In this document: positions 62,769 through 64,000 of the stretch, piece by piece
Numbering within the stretch: position 1 is the first letter of the stretch
How the letters are laid out: every line of letters begins with the position of its first letter
DNA from: Narcine bancroftii
Lineage: Eukaryota
NCBI RefSeq assembly: GCF_036971445.1
Contig: NC_091477.1
Location: forward strand, 21,638,001 to 21,702,000
Length of the DNA: 64,000 nucleotides
Direction: 5' to 3'
Made by a program: the position numbers and the translations under genes
The notes under the pieces: model-generated
What the model saw: only the letters and a program-made list of their open reading frames with translations
Databases searched by the model: none
What the model was told of the DNA's origin: nothing

Positions 62769-64000
62769 TTCTTTGGCTTGGCTTCGCGGACGAAGATTTA
62801 TGGAGGGGGTAAAAAGTCCACGTCAGCTGCAGGCTCGTTTGTGGCTGACCAGTCCGATGCGGGACAGGCAGACACGATTGCAGCGGTTGCAAGGGAAAAT
62901 TGGTTGGTTGGGGTTGGGTGTTGGGTTTTTCCTCCTTTGCCTTTTGTCAGTGAGGTGGGCTCTGCGGTCTTCTTCAAAGGAGGCTGCTGCCCGCCAAACT
63001 GTGAGGCGCCAAGATGCACGGTTTGAGGCGTTATCAGCCCACTGGCGGTGGTCAATGTGGCAGGCACCAAGAGATTTCTTTAGGCAGTCCTTGTACCTTT
63101 TCTTTGGTGCACCTCTGTCACGGTGGCCAGTGGAGAGCTCGCCATATAATACGATCTTGGGAAGGCGATGGTCCTCCATTCTGGAGACGTGACCCATCCA
63201 GCGCAGCTGGATCTTCAGCAGCGTGGACTCGATGCTGTCGACCTCTGCCATCTCGAGTACCTCGACGTTAGGGGTGTGAGCGCTCCAATGGATGTTGAGG
63301 ATGGAGCGGAGACAACGCTGGTGGAAGCGTTCTAGGAGCCGTAGGTGGTGCCGGTAGAGGACCCATGATTCGGAGCCGAACAGGAGTGTGGGTATGACAA
63401 CGGCTCTGTATACGCTTATCTTTGTGAGGTTTTTCAGTTGGTTGTTTTTCCAGACTCTTTTGTGTAGTCTTCCAAAGGCGCTATTTGCCTTGGCGAGTCT
63501 GTTGTCTATCTCATTGTCGATCCTTGCATCTGATGAAATGGTGCAGCCGAGATATGTAAACTGGTTGACCGTTTTGAGTTTTGTGTGCCCGATGGAGATG
63601 TGGGGGGGCTGGTAGTCATGGTGGGGAGCTGGCTGATGGAGGACCTCAGTTTTCTTCAGGCTGACTTCCAGGCCAAACATTTTGGCAGTTTCCGCAAAGC
63701 AGGACGTCAAGCGCTGAAGAGCTGGCTCTGAATGGGCAACTAAAGCGGCATCATCTGCAAAGAGTAGTTCACGGACAAGTTTCTCTTGTGTCTTGGTGTG
63801 AGCTTGCAGGCGCCTCAGATTGAAGAGACTGCCATCCGTGCGGTACCGGATGTAAACAGCGTCTTCATTGTTGGGGTCTTTCATGGCTTGGTTCAGCATC
63901 ATGCTGAAGAAGATTGAAAAGAGGGTTGGTGCGAGAACACAGCCTTGCTTCACGCCATTGTTAATGGAGAAGGGTTCAGAGAGCTCATTGCTGTATCTGA
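62769..64000 (-). mobile_element. RTE-clade non-LTR retrotransposon, 3' part with open RT frame, continuing past the window edge
   Basis: ORF 62823..63953: QGCVLAPTLF, LFADD, FTYLG, C-terminal CNRC..HKRAC; short 3' UTR ending in short tandem repeats (CCAAG CCAAAGAA). Confidence 0.92.

Noticed and set aside
60621-63271. Duplicated plus-strand ORFs (148/176 aa, 85 aa)
   Set aside because: Antisense frames of the two RTE LINE copies.

Overview
Eukaryotic (vertebrate) genomic DNA, AT-rich and repeat-dense. The repeat content (V-SINEs, CR1/L2, Penelope-like, RTE, L1/Tx1 fragments) suggests a cartilaginous fish, probably a ray; this is an inference. Two intact spliced genes lie head-to-head about 15 kb apart. 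(1) A VDAC1-type mitochondrial porin on the minus strand: 8 coding exons at 4387-16824, 852 nt, 283 aa, with a probable non-coding exon 1 in a CpG island near 22.4-22.7 kb. (2) A five-exon CYP2U1-type cytochrome P450 on the plus strand: 37500-57343, 1506 nt, 501 aa. The most interesting signal is this gene pairing. In human, CYP2U1 sits near LEF1 (4q25) and VDAC1 next to TCF7 (5q31), so one of the two genes here may be a retained whole-genome-duplication paralogue lost in mammals. The P450 also lacks the N-terminal extension and insert typical of CYP2U1. Its intron 1 holds a 7.1-kb compound satellite (31/55/21-bp units) with ordered variant domains, which explains the giant spurious ORFs. Its promoter has a perfect DR1 plus a CRE. 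The rest is transposon debris, including solo LTRs, hAT MITEs and two near-identical young RTE LINE copies.
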